A stretch of 53,806 nt of DNA, filler included, from Sphacelaria rigidula (lineage: Eukaryota): the NCBI GenBank assembly GCA_964200075.2. It is 3 parts of 3 records of this genome, joined end to end, with 100 filler letters (N's around TTAATTAATTAA, not from the genome) between each part and the next. Parts side by side here need not be neighbours in the genome. Positions count along the whole stretch, not along the records: positions 1 to 17,874 come from CAXNAA020000973.1; positions 17,975 to 35,840 come from CAXNAA020000974.1; 1 more part is not named here. One strand, 5' to 3'. Position 1 is the first letter of the stretch. Each line of letters starts with the position of its first letter. The position numbers and the translations under genes are program-made. The notes beneath the pieces are model-generated. The model was not told the origin of the DNA, did not search any database, and worked only from the letters and a program-made list of their open reading frames with translations. This document shows, piece by piece, positions 12,003 to 23,777 of the stretch.

Positions 12003-12645
12003 AGTAGCCTAGTTCTTGCTACTTTTGGTGTCTGCCGAACATGTGACTAATAGAACATTGATTGCAGATACCAAAGCAGAAGAACTATTAGCTAGCTATC
12101 TAATCGCGCGTCGACACCCCGGATCAGTTACACCGGATTCCGGGGTAGTGCGAGGCTTTAACCATATCCAGCACTGGCTGGATTACGTAAAACAACCTTT
12201 TCACGAACTGATGAATAGTTACAGGAGTACAGCTTCTATGCGGGATACTTCTGTAACTACTGACGCCTATATTACTGCGAATAGAGTCCACGCGCCTTGG
12301 CTCACACATGTAACCTTATGTTACCAAATGGGAAGCAATCAATATCAAAACGACAAAAGGAAAAGACAGGAACACCCAAAATTCATGACTAAAACGTACG
12401 GTACCAGCGACATATAGCTGTTTATTCGTTATTTCATCACCACATTCCCGTCGCAATAATACCATATACCACATCATACAATGGCTACTCGTAAACGTCC
12501 ACGCCTTTGTCTACTTCCGGTGTCCCCTTTCCAGCGTTAGGCGCTCTAGTTCCTGGCGAGATAGCTCCTTCCAGTCTTCGTCTTCGTATCGTACTCGTCA
12601 AAAGCGGCTCCCGTAGTCATACACCTGACCTCTCACCGTGGCACC

Positions 12646-14200
12646 CTAAAAGTCTTTCCACAAGGTAACACCTATAGGGGAAAGCTTCAAGGTATCACTG
12701 CGCGACAGGGGAGCGGGGCGCTTCTTCGAGTGCGGGGGCGGATTGGGTGGAACGGCGGAATGGGACAGGTGCCAAAGTGCGTTATAAGCGTCCAGTTCTA
12801 AAGAAGAAAAACTGTCTCGAAGCATACTCTCAGACAACCAGTCTGACACCTTCCCTCCCGGAGTCCTCGCCATATCCCAATGCTTCGTGCCTGTCGTGGA
12901 GTATATTTCGCGGCGATCTACCAAGGTGACGAATTCGGGAGTTTGGGGAGGTGTGATCGCCTTCCAGCCTGCACCTCACACGTGCTGAGCAAACTCGTCA
13001 GCTATAAACTGCCTAAGGTGTGGCGGTCGAACGGGGAATGGCTTTACCTCTGAGATGGCTACCCTACGTGTGCGAGACTTACGGCCCTGCATGACTACCT
13101 CTACACCAAGGCCTGTCATCAATACTTCCTTCACTTCCCAGGGCCCCGTGTACTTTTCGTGTTGCAGTTTCGTTCCTTTACCGTCGTGGTGTATCGTACT
13201 GTATGATTCGCACACCATGACCAAATCCCCTTCTCTCGCAGACACCCCGGCGGAGAGTCTCATGATGGAGATGTTTATTCTCGCCCGAGTCGACTCCTTC
13301 GCGGCCTGCCGCTTTTCCAACGCCAAACGTACCTCCCTAAGGTTCTGCTTGCGCTGCTCGACGAACGCATCCATTCCTTCTCTTGATTTCGTCCCGAGGG
13401 ATGGAGAAATGAGTGAATCTAGAGACGTGCGGGGCTTACGACCGAGCAAGAGCTCAAACGGGGACATGTCAGAGGGTAGGAAAACGTCAGGCAGGGTACG
13501 CTTGATCCAGAGTGCTGGAGAGACATACTTGTCCCATCTCGGGGGCCACGACTTGCACAGCTCCGCGAACATGTCTAGCAGCCATCTCCCCAACCTCTCG
13601 ACTGCTCCTTGGCCCATGCAGTGATCGGAGGGTCCAAAAGTGACGTTTACTTCCAGCGATCTGCACCGGTGCGTTACAATCTCGGCTCAAAATTCCTTTT
13701 CTCTGTCACTGCGGATTTTCCGCGGCACGCTGAATGTCAAGCATAGCTCGGAAAGGATGTGGAATACACTTTCGGCTTGCTTCGTCCGGAGGGGGAGACC
13801 GAATAGGAATTCAGAGGCTCGATCTTCGATCAAGAGGATGTACTTGTTGTTCGTTAGCGATGCTGTGTCTACGCCCAGCAAGTCCATCTCCAACTCTTCC
13901 CAGAGGTCTACTACTCGTCCAGGAGTCATTGCAGTCTTGCGGCTACCAGCCCTCTTTCTTCTCCTACAGCTGCAAGACAGCACGCATTGCCTGGTATCCT
14001 TGATCATGGACGGCCATCAAAAGTGATCGCGAATCAAAGACAGCATGGCGCCTACTCCAGCATGACCATGAAAAGTATGTACCGACGCCAAGATATCGGG
14101 TACCATAGCGGTCGGAATCGCTAACAAATGTTTCTCTCTGTCCTTCGTGAACCACGCCACACCTTGATCGTCCGGACTGTTTTTCCGCGCAACGTTGGCA
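12646..14200 (-). pseudogene. Retroviral-type integrase (HHCC, DDE core, GPY/F) plus chromodomain-like tail
   Basis: HHCC region HTFHGHAG...CVLSCSC; core EMDLL / IRSD / GAVER; SPFELLLGR; KYTGPW; downstream WLSESMLRDSFSSLELDAYNALW; in-frame stops at ~14017, ~13687, ~12976. Confidence 0.9.
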
Positions 14201-14230
14201 CTCACCGTACTCTTGACAGTTTTGTCTCTC

Positions 14231-14392
14231 GTACTGGGCACCTCCTCTTCCCCCCGCGCCTCGTCGGCACTCATCATACTCTCGCCGTCTGCATCACCCG
14301 TACTGGGCACCTCCTCTCCCCCTTACATCTCGTCGGCACGGACCATATTCTCGCCATCCCTATCACCCGTACTATGCACCTCCTCTCCCCCC
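14231..14392. repeat. 69-bp (23-codon) tandem repeat, ~2.4 copies, inside pol
   Basis: GTACTGGGCACCTCCTCT recurs at 14231 and 14300, and as GTACTATGCACCTCCTCT at 14369 (exact 69-nt period). Confidence 0.9.
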
Positions 14393-15655
14393 AGTATCGA
14401 TCTAACCTGTCCCAAGAAGGCGTCCTCCTCCAGCTGGCGTCTCAGCGTGGGGGCGGTCGTCAACATCTGTACTGCCTTCTCGACTGCCGACGTGTCCACC
14501 GCGGTTTTCCCCGGAGTTAAAGGGCTATCTCCTCCAGCAGTGAGCACCTCTTCGACTTCCAGCCGCTCGCTGACGGGGGCAGGGGTGGTGGGAGTAGGCT
14601 CCGTCGACGGGACTTCAATAGGCGTGAGACTTACCGGCGGCTGAAGGTCCATCTGAACATCTGTGGTCATAGTACTTACGCGAGCACCGCCGGGGAACTA
14701 TAAATGCACGAACGGTCGGCGAATTCTGGAGGAACCACGGGGTGATTCGTCTTCTATTGACGCGCAGTCAGCGAAAAGGAGTGTTTGCGAGGTGCCTAGA
14801 TATCTCGAGTCAGATATACCCATGTGTTCTCTCTTGAACCATTGGCTCACAATTCTGACAACCATTCCCCGTCCAGTTGTGGACCACGGGGCCCTGCGGC
14901 TCCCGAGGGTGTGCCAGAGGTGAGGTCGTCGGGGAATGAGCAGTCTATGTCGTCTCCTGGTTCTAGTGATGCAGGCTGGCACCCGCTTGGGATCCGTGGA
15001 AAATAACCCTGCTTCCACGAACTCCCGTAAGAGGCGTAGAGGTTCCTCCCTCTCTGCTCCCTCAAGCTGTCACATATTTGCATCCGATACCCGGACCTGG
15101 CGGGGGGTTCTGAAGGTTATTGATCACTCTCGGGGCACGAAGGGGGTGTGGGCGGAGTAGGTTGGTCTACTGTTGATGGTGTGTCGTCAAAAAGTGAGTG
15201 AAAGCAAGCAGGATCGCGAACATTGAGGGCTATCATGCGCGCAATTGTTCCGGAGGTCTTCACTTCGGCCCTATTTTTACCTCTGCTTACTAACTTACAG
15301 TACACCGGGAACCCTGGTACCCACCACAACACCTCTTTGGCTATCCCCACCAACGCTTCATCGTCCAGGTCGTGCTTAGGGCAGCATCAGAATTAGCTGC
15401 CTGTCCTGCGGGTGGAGCCCCATAGTCACCGTTCCCACCGCCATACTCACAGACCCATCGATGGAGATGGAACGCTCGGTCAGCCTCACGTTCCACTCTC
15501 TCGTGCCGTCGTCTTCCCAGGCGACGTCACCGTGACTGGGGAACTTACGGGCGCTGGGGAAAGCGCGGCTAGTGAAGGGGCTCTTTTGAGCGGGTCCAAG
15601 GCAGAGAGTGTATTCTTGGTGGCATGTCGGGGATTATCATTAGTCATAACGGAAT

Positions 15656-16140
15656 TCACGGTGCATACGGGGTGGGGCGAAACTCTCGACTTGCTTTGAA
15701 ATCCAGACTGCTACGATTTGCCCTGGAAAACTCGCCCCCCAAAATGAGCCCGTAAGGTAGATCCTTCACTACCCTGACCACCACTTTACGAACGCGATCG
15801 TCATTAGTGAACAAGACTGGTATCACGGTCGATCCAACTATAGACATCGGGGGTACATCACTCTGCGTGGGGTTGGCGGCGCGAAGGGCGCCAGCGCTGT
15901 TCGTGTCGAGCTTGGCAGGTGTTACTTCTGCTTTTATGAGGCAACGCCACAAAAACCCATACAAAAAATTGCCCCCACCTGCCCCGGTGTCCAACAGCAC
16001 CTCGAGTGGCCACGACCTCCGAGCCCGGCTCCGGTGCCAGGTCTCTCCCGCCACCCACAGTTGGTCTCCGAGTCGGCGCTCGATGGTCGCCACCTCCTTC
16101 GCTCGCAGGTTCCCCAGGTTGACGATAAATACCTGGGGCG
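15656..16140 (-). pseudogene. Retrotransposon aspartic protease
   Basis: LEVLLDTGAGGGNF catalytic motif and C-terminal VRVVKDLPYGLILG flap/end motif. Confidence 0.85.
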
Positions 16141-16145
16141 TCCCC

Positions 16146-17874
16146 TTATTTGTCGCGGTTGTCGCCAGAGCACGATTCCTCGTGATCGTCGTCCTCTCCC
16201 TCCCTTTCAACATCGCTACCCTCGTTAATCAGTCCCATGTCGATCGTGGCTAAGTATTGGACTTCCGTGAGGGTTGCGAGTCGCTTTTGGGGGATGGTGG
16301 CTCTACGGCGGGCCTTGACGTTCCTGTAGTGAGCCGGCGCGATGATACCGTGCGTGTAGTAGGGGCAGCGAGTGCCATCACGGTGGCGGCAGACACCAGT
16401 GAAAGCGTGGCCGAAGCAGATCTTGCTGCTGCGTAGGTAGTCGATTACCTCCTCGCGGTCCCCTGTGGGGGAGGGGGCGGTCTGCTGTTCGCCGGTGCTT
16501 ACAGCCGAAGACAAATTCGGAGGCGGGGTAGGTGTAGCGGACGAAGAAGAAGATGCTCCTTTCACGGCCTCTTTCCGGGCTTGAGTCTGCACGTCTCTGG
16601 CTGACAGGTGCTTCTGTCCCACAAACGGAACACCGTGCTCTCCGGGGGTCGTCCCAGGTGTGTTGTTGAAAGCTGTAGCTAGGGCCGATTTCTGCTGCTG
16701 AATGTATTCGAACGATTGCGGTTGGGCGTACTCTACCTGCGGTAGGGTCCTGGGAGCAGACGCATGGGCTGCGGCGTCACGGAGCATCGAATTTTCATTT
16801 TCGCCGAGTAGCGGGGCGAGTTGTGCAGACGACAGCTGCCTAGCATCGTTTAGCGGAAAAGGGCGGTCTGGTCCGACCGTGCGACTTGATTTCTTCTGAG
16901 CCGGTTTCCTGTAATGCTTGGAATTACGCGCGGTACGAACTCTGATGAACTCATTGTGCAGGCCGTGGGCTACGTCACCGCGGCGTGGCATGCCCCCCCC
17001 CATCGGGTTATGCCATTCCTCCTGCATGAAGGCGAGCCTGGTCTCGGTCACGATCATGTTTTCGTGGAGCAGTGACTGCATCCCATCCCTGCGGGTCTCA
17101 TCAAGCAGGACGGCTCGGATGACATTTTCGTATAGTCCGTTCAGTTGCTCCATCGTAATGAAACGCTAGGAAAAGTCGGTCTCGGTGGCATGTGGGCGGC
17201 TTGCGCTAGCTAGGGTGACTTTAAACGCCAACAATTCTCGTACGGCCGCAGATTGCCAGGATTCACCTTTCTCCAGGGTGATCTCATCTAATGCCTCACG
17301 TGCGTTTTCAGCGGATTCACTAGACAGAGCTTGTTCACGGACTAACAGACGCAGCCAGTCGGTGGAAGTGGCCTGATCGTGGCGGACGCAGTCAATTCCG
17401 CTTAAGATGCGATACATCATGACTCGAACGCCCGAAAGTAGCGCTGTGGCGGTTGTGCCACCGCCAGCAGGCAAGTCCAAGGGTAAATCGCGGCAGCGGG
17501 ACGAGTACGTATCAACTTTAGTCATCCACCTACCTCCAGCCAGTCCGTCTTCGGGGAGCTTGAGCGATCCCCGTTCGACGTGACGGAGTGTGCTCCAGAT
17601 CCGTCCCCCACCGCCGGTGTTCATGCTGTACTCGTTGGTAAGTACAGTGCGTCCGAAACATTGAAAGATGCCCGGCAGTAGCGTAGATCGCCGTGATGGA
17701 CGAGGAAGGCGTAACGGCAGGCGCCGCTCCGCATCCGGGTTCACTTCGGCACGTCAAAGCTACTCCGGTTCCCGCGACTCCCGCTCCCGCTCTCGTTTGC
17801 GCCGTCTCCGCTCTACATCGCGGGACTCCCGCCGTTCCCGTCGCTCCGAGTCTCGCTCTCGCTCCGCAAATCCT
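16146..17874 (-). pseudogene. Gag-like protein with R/E coiled-coil N-terminus and CCCH zinc finger
   Basis: ORFs 17166-17744 and 16146-17153 are in the same frame separated by one TAG; C-x8-C-x7-C-x4-H at 16350-16418; directly upstream of the protease. Confidence 0.75.
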
Positions 17875-17974
17875 NNNNNNNNNNNNNNNNNNNNNNNNNN
17901 NNNNNNNNNNNNNNNNNNTTAATTAATTAANNNNNNNNNNNNNNNNNNNNNNNNNNNNNNNNNNNNNNNNNNNN
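17875..17974. other. Artificial contig linker N44-TTAATTAATTAA-N44
   Basis: 100-bp spacer whose 12-mer gives stops in all six frames. Confidence 0.98.
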
Positions 17975-18003
17975 TGGGGGGGGTGGGGGTGGGGGGCGGG
18001 GGT

Positions 18004-18045
<42 letters not shown>

Positions 18046-18122
18046 GGAAGGAAGGAAAGGAGGGAGAAGTGGCCGGCCCGGGAGAGTAAGTTTTTACGAT
18101 TTTGAATTCTCGTGCGAACCTC

Positions 18123-18662
18123 CAAGGTCGTGTTCTGTAGGGTATGGGATTCCTTACAGAACTTACAGAAATGTCTGGTACCGGTATGAAGGTCTTCCAG
18201 AAATTACACAACTGTCGGGTTCAAAACCGGTTCAAAAGTCTTACAGAAATCACAGAACTTGTCGAGTGCGGTGCGGAAGGCTTACAGGAAACCGTACCGG
18301 CAATCTGGTATTTCTTGAGGGGCATACCCGCGCCCCGGGTACGGGCATACATTATGTAAAAACTTAGAGAACTGTCGGGTGAGGGTATGGGAGGCGTACA
18401 AAACCCACAAAAACTATCGGACAGGGTATGGAGGCTGCACTGAAAACCGTACCCGCAACCGGGTATCTTCTCAAGAGCATACCCGTGCCCCCCGTAAGGT
18501 ACGGGAAGGTTACAGAACTCACATAACTATCGGGTAAGGGTATGGATGTATTACAGAGTTTCCAGAGCTGTCGGGTACCGGTATGAAAGTGTCGGGTACG
18601 GTATATACTCGGGAAAATACCCCGGGTATATAGAAAATCGTACCCTACAAAACATAAGCTTG
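18123..18662 (-). mobile_element. CAAGG-ended hAT-like MITE, copy 3 (540 bp)
   Basis: TIRs CAAGGTCGTGTTCTGTAGGGTA / TACCCTACAAAACATAAGCTTG; degenerate 8-bp TSD CGAACCTC / CAATCCTC (6/8); opposite orientation to the other copies. Confidence 0.8.
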
Positions 18663-18922
18663 CAATCCTCATCTGAGTTCTGAACGTCCACCTTGGGTAC
18701 CAATCTGGATATCCCGTAGGGAGTCACATCCCAGGGGGGAAGTTCATATATCCCAAATGGAGGTTGCACGACAATGAATGCAAGGCTCTCCAGCTATCAT
18801 TACCAGTGCAACATCTTTATTCAGAGCTGCTACATATGTGACAACGGAAGGCGTCTGCATCAGATGCTCATTACAGAGTACTGCGCAGATATCTGAACCA
18901 TTTTTATTGAGAGGAAGAAAAT

Positions 18923-18966
<44 letters not shown>
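18923..18966. repeat. (AAC)n microsatellite
   Basis: About 14 perfect AAC units. Confidence 0.95.
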
Positions 18967-18967
<1 letters not shown>

Positions 18968-19085
18968 ACTTGCACACTGCACACGAGGAGCACAGCACAT
19001 TGTTCGTTCATGTACGAATGCGGATGATGACCCGTATTAGGCGCGGGGAGTGGGGATGGTATGCATGCCATTCTTTTTCACTTGC

Positions 19086-19157
19086 CTGAAAGGAAATTGC
19101 TGCCGATGAATAACTCCACAACCCCCGTCAAGTTGCCGACCTCGGGGGTTATCTCAC
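19086..19157 (-). CDS. LRR protein exon 2: single 24-aa leucine-rich repeat
   Basis: Exactly 72 nt, phase 1-1, acceptor GTTCGCATAG, donor GCAAGT; encodes GEITPEVGNLTGVVELFIGSNFLS (plant-type LRR). Confidence 0.8.
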
Positions 19158-19304
19158 CTATGCGAACAGGGTAAGGGTGGTGAAGGGGGGAGGGGAGGGG
19201 GGTGGCCGGGGTTCGAACAAGTATGAAAATTCATAATAGTTAGGGTGAACTTGATCAGGCGCAGCTGGGGGGCTTATAGAAATCGGACACGGACAAAAAG
19301 TCAC

Positions 19305-19575
19305 CTTCCATCTCGTTGCCGTCGAGGTGAATTTCCGTCACCACTTCCGATGACTTGTTAACGGTCACCCCGTACCAGCCCCCGATGTCAGCGGCGTTGG
19401 TTGCCCAACCGGTGTTGTTGTACCACTTGAGTCCTCCTGCCGAAGCGTACAGCGCCAATAGAGCCTCCCTGTCTATCTCCAGATCACCTGCCGCGGAGGC
19501 AAGCATGGTGCCGATTCCACCGAACGGACACAGCGGGGCGGTCGAAGGGCTAATTAATCGATTCGCAACCTGCAT
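19305..19575 (-). CDS. LRR protein exon 1: N-terminal leader and LRR N-cap
   Basis: MQVANRL...DREALLALYASAGGLKWYNNTGWATNAADIGGWYGVTVNKSSEVVTEIHLDGNEME(G); donor GAAG|GTGACT, phase 1, joining in frame to the 72-nt exon; start codon uncertain. Confidence 0.8.
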
Positions 19576-20559
19576 TTTCGTTCCCCCTTGTATAAAAAAT
19601 GTCGCAGAATACTCTAGATCGAAGCCAAAGACCGACACTGCGATTACAGCGCACAAAAGCTGAGGGCACTGTCGTGTGATGAGTGAACACACCGGAAAAT
19701 CGGGAAACACGATATGTTGCGAATAGCTCCGCGTTGTTGTGGAAAATCTCCCTTCTTCTGTCGTCCGAGATGGTCTAGCAACTGAATGCGGTAGCGGTCT
19801 CAACTCTTTCAGGGCCCTCGGCTTTCTGCTCGGAGAATATGGCTTGACAATCACGCGGATAGTAAAAGAAAAAAAGTGATGCACCATTGTCCCGTCCACG
19901 ACCCCTGCCGGCTAAAGCACCCATAATTATTAACTTTCTTCTTTGGAGCAAGGCGAGTGTAAAAATGTTTGTTCATGGTGCAGCGGGAGCGCTGGAGTTT
20001 GGGGGGCTCCTGTGTCCCAGCTTCGTACATGTCATACCACATGCGATGGTGACGAGATAATGGCTCATGATAGTGTCCACACACTCAATATAACCGTACG
20101 ATACTGTACCGACCATGACCCTGGGAATATGTTCATACGGCAACGGCGCGCTTAGCCCAGATTGTTGAGATATCACATGAACCACTGAGCTGACCAGCCA
20201 GCGCTGGCAGTCAGCGTCAACGGATAGATCGTTGATTACTGTGACATCTTTCATAGACGCCCCTCCCCGAGTGCTCCGTTTCGCAAGGGATGCGTGGTCG
20301 ATGGTCACACGACTAAGGCAAGCAACGAATGAGTACATTCCCCCCCGCCCCTCCCCTTTTTCTGCGAGGGCGTTGCATCTTCCGTCAGGACAATTACTCC
20401 AACGCCCCCCAAAACTCTCAGACCAATGAAGGGCCACTTGCATGAATGGGCTCTGCAAGGTATGATCCCTTGGATGCGGCAGCCGGCCAGATGGACATCA
20501 AACGGATCATTCAGTTGACTGCATGATGCTGCAAATATGTGGGTAGAGGATCATAAAAT

Positions 20560-20790
20560 GTGTGTGCGTGTGTGCTTTGTCATCCCATCTATTCTGCATG
20601 CCAGCCTACACCTTCCGGTCGGTACATGCGGGCGCATCATCAGCCGGGGTCACACAAGAGGAAGCCCAACACAAGGAGTAGAAAACTCTATTTCATTACT
20701 GTACTTTGCTCAAGTCATCCATCGTCCTTGTGCGGTGTTTGCCTTATTTTTTTATTGAGAGAGGGGTTCAGCGGTCCCTTTAGTAACAGG
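20560..20790 (-). mobile_element. tRNA-derived SINE, 5'-truncated copy
   Basis: Reverse complement has GGGACCGCTGAACCCC...TGTGTGACCCCGGCTGATG...GGAAGGTGTAGGCTGGC...AGATGGGATGACAAAGCACACAC matching the 3' half of 39812-40189. Confidence 0.75.
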
Positions 20791-22559
20791 TCGTTGCAAC
20801 CGGTAAGGTCCTTGCCTTCACGTCACCCTACGAAGTATTCTCTGCAAAAAATCACCAGGTGATTGACGGCCTGTATTTGGCATCATCTGTTAAATCACTT
20901 TTCAATTACAGGGTGGCAGCTATCAGACTACACGTGATATGGAAAGAATTGGCCATTACAAAATAGCCGATTTAAACCCATTTGTCATCGGGGTAATAAT
21001 AGGTATATGCCACTCTCACCATTCCGTACGGCCGGATGAAATGGGCAACCCCATATACAATAGACTGCATTTCATTAAATATCGACTCGCCAAGCTGCAC
21101 AGAATTACAAAAAATTGGATCATGACTCTTGATATTGGTTTGTTGGACGAAACACAACGTGAGTAGGCCATGCTGCTTCGCCGACTTCGCGAGCCTCAGG
21201 AAAAACGCATAGACATGCTGTAGCCCGCGGAGTAGATCTTGGGCGTGCCAGCGCGCTCTGCTCTATTCGGGACCTGTGGAGGCCGCGAGGATGGAGAAAC
21301 AACGGTTCCTTCTTGTCTGTGCGTGTTGAAAACACGACTAGACGGCGGATGAAACCCCCCTCGACAGTTCTCGAGAGCCACGCGAATTGCTGCTCCTCCG
21401 TCACCACTGGACGGTTTCTCATGGAACTAAGTATGGGATGTTTCTCTCCCTGTCAGTTGATATCTTGACCTCGTTCAGGATGAGCTAACCCAACGCTGAG
21501 TGTGCTTCTGAACATTCAAGGTGGCATGCAGAGAGGTCATTTTCCAGCAATCGGCGTTTCGGAGATATTTTTCTTCTCCCGTCTCGTCTCATTCCGATCA
21601 TTTTGCGTCCATATGCCATAACAAACAAATGTCGTTTGTACTGCAAGCTAGATATATATTTGGACGAGTACAGAATCAGCTATCTCGTACCGCCGCGTCT
21701 GTCCCGATCACATGTGATCTCAATCACAGGGTATATATCCGTTTCATGATTTTGTTCAGGGCTTGTTCGGATTGAGCCCCAAGGTTTAGGGCCGAAGGTC
21801 GTAGAAGTAGGCCGGCGCCTGCGTGCACTGCGCCAAGTTGACGGGTGGTTCAACTCCCACACTGCCTTGAGCCAAGATTTCCGAACGCTTGAGGCGCCAA
21901 ACCCACATGGCGGTGGCGAGGCGGTATAACCGAGCCTCGGGGGAATCGTCGCACGATTCCGTTGGCGGGGTAACTGTTGGAGTAAGGTTTCCTACTTCCT
22001 TCAAGAAAAAGAAAAAAAAAGAGAAAGTCCTGTGGTGTGGTTGGTGTATAGTATAGTATCACGCAGTATGTGCCACGGCCCAGAAACCGTCGATCGCGAT
22101 TGATCGTTACAAGCAAGAGCCAAGCTAATGCATGTTTAGTGTGCGTGGCGCTGAGTCTCAGATGAGGAGATGATGCATACGGCATGTCCGGGGTCGGCCA
22201 AGAAACCCGCACCGTGAAAAGAGTTGAGAAAACGGTGATGAAGTCGTGTTCATAATGATGATACTAGATTCGCGTTTTTAAAAGGTACTGTAGTCGGTCC
22301 ATCTATGGACCATGCATCTACAGGAGGGGTCAAGAGCACTGGTTGGGGACTGGGGTGAGCACTAGGGTGGTGACCTTCTCACGATCACTTCGTGAAAAAC
22401 TGCTGAATGACCAGTACCGCGCGGGGGCACTATCGTCGTACCACGATCCTGCACTACCGTGCAGCCTCCAGTCAGGGATATGGACGTCCAAACGGCGGTT
22501 TCCATCTGAGATATCACATCCGTCTGGAATATGGGCATATCCCAGAGGGAGGTTGTACG

Positions 22560-23035
22560 ATACGGCTGAGTGGAAACACGAAACTTGAGCTGCACTGCTA
22601 CAGACCGTCAGGATAGATCACCCCCAGACTCGAGCGGTGGCTAGAGCGGGAGCGGTTCATCTGCACCACCAGGGGATCAAGTAGCAAGACGCACGCAATC
22701 GACGTTGATGATTCTATCGTGGTCATCAAACCCCAGGCCGTTATCGACATGCACAGCAAAGAGTATGGGCTGTCACCGGATGTCAGGGCCGCCGACGATT
22801 TTGCCGTGCCGAAGGGCTTCCAGAGAGCCGGTAGCCGTGAATGCTCCGTTATGTTCTCTCTGGGAGTGTACGTGAAGCCGATTGATGTTGTCGATCCCGT
22901 GCACATGTACTACTGCGAGTGTTCGTGTAATCTTACTTTGTCAATCCCGTGAAGCCGTTCATAGTTTTCGTGAACCATCATCTATAGTTCGCCACTGTAG
23001 TGACGTAGGTCCCACCGCAGGGGTGATGATTGTAC
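22560..23035 (+). pseudogene. Second copy of the hAT-like N-terminal coding relic
   Basis: VIKPQAVIDMHSKEYGLSPDVRAADDFAVPKGFQRAGSRECSVMFSLGVYVKPIDVVDPVHMYYC; co-linear with 6035-6510. Confidence 0.5.
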
Positions 23036-23610
23036 CAAGGTCGTGTTCTGTAGGGTACAATTTCCTGTAAACCAGGGGTATTTTCCAGGGTATTTACCGT
23101 ACCTTGCAGTTCTTTGACTTGTGTAAGACTTTCATACCCATACCCGACAGTTTTGTAATCTCTAGAAGACTTTTATACCCTTACCCGATAGTTTTGAGTT
23201 CTGTAAGCCGCCGTACCGTTACCGGGGGGTGGGGGTATACTCTTGACAAGATACCCGGTTGCGGGTACGGGTTCTGTGCAACTTCCATTCCCTACCCGAC
23301 AGTTTCTGTGAGTTCTGTAAGCCTCCCATACCCTTACCCGACAGTTCTGTGAGTCCTGTTCAGAATGTTTACCTATAGCCGGAGCGCGGGTATGCTTTTG
23401 AAGAAATACCCGATTGCCGGTACGGTTTTTCTGTAGGCATTCCATACCCTACCCGACAAGTTCTGTCATTTCTGCAAGATGTTAAAATCGGGACCCGACA
23501 GTTTCGTCATTCCTGTAAGACTTTGATACCGGTACACGATAGTTCTGGAAGTTCTCTAAGGAATCTCATACCCTACAAAACGTACCCGTACCCGACAGAA
23601 CACAACCTTG
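23036..23610 (+). mobile_element. CAAGG-ended hAT-like MITE, copy 4 (575 bp, complete)
   Basis: TIRs CAAGGTCGTGTTCTGTAGGGTAC / GTACCCGACAGAACACAACCTTG; no TSD visible. Confidence 0.8.
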
Positions 23611-23777
23611 GAAAAAAGCCTGAGGGAATAACGCATAAATGTCGAAATTGTATCAATTGATGATACTGAACCAATACTACCCGTACCCGCATAAGGTTGC
23701 CTTCAAGGCACATTTGTTTAACGGGTACTCAGTCTCGATTACAATTTGGACCTTTGTCAGTCCTCATAGAAGCACTT

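Larger units (their letters stand above)
11701..17874 (-). mobile_element. Ty3/Gypsy LTR retrotransposon 1 (RT/RNase H deleted; 5' end cut by contig edge)
   Basis: Minus-strand order gag - aspartic protease - (no RT/RH) - integrase - chromodomain-like - PPT - LTR; several in-frame stops and frameshifts. Confidence 0.9.

Noticed and set aside
17919..17930. TTAATTAATTAA as piggyBac target or regulatory palindrome
   Set aside because: Embedded in N padding and repeated at 35885-35896; synthetic linker.
17927..18211. Proline-/glycine-rich ORFs
   Set aside because: Artefacts of the poly-G run at a contig edge plus Ns.
18744..18998. Cys-rich (metallothionein-like) ORF
   Set aside because: Translation of the (AAC)n microsatellite.
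19576..19899. Long N-terminal extension of the 214-aa LRR ORF
   Set aside because: Open frame but no protein-like signal; the ORF also reads past the splice donor at 19304, so the spliced model is preferred.
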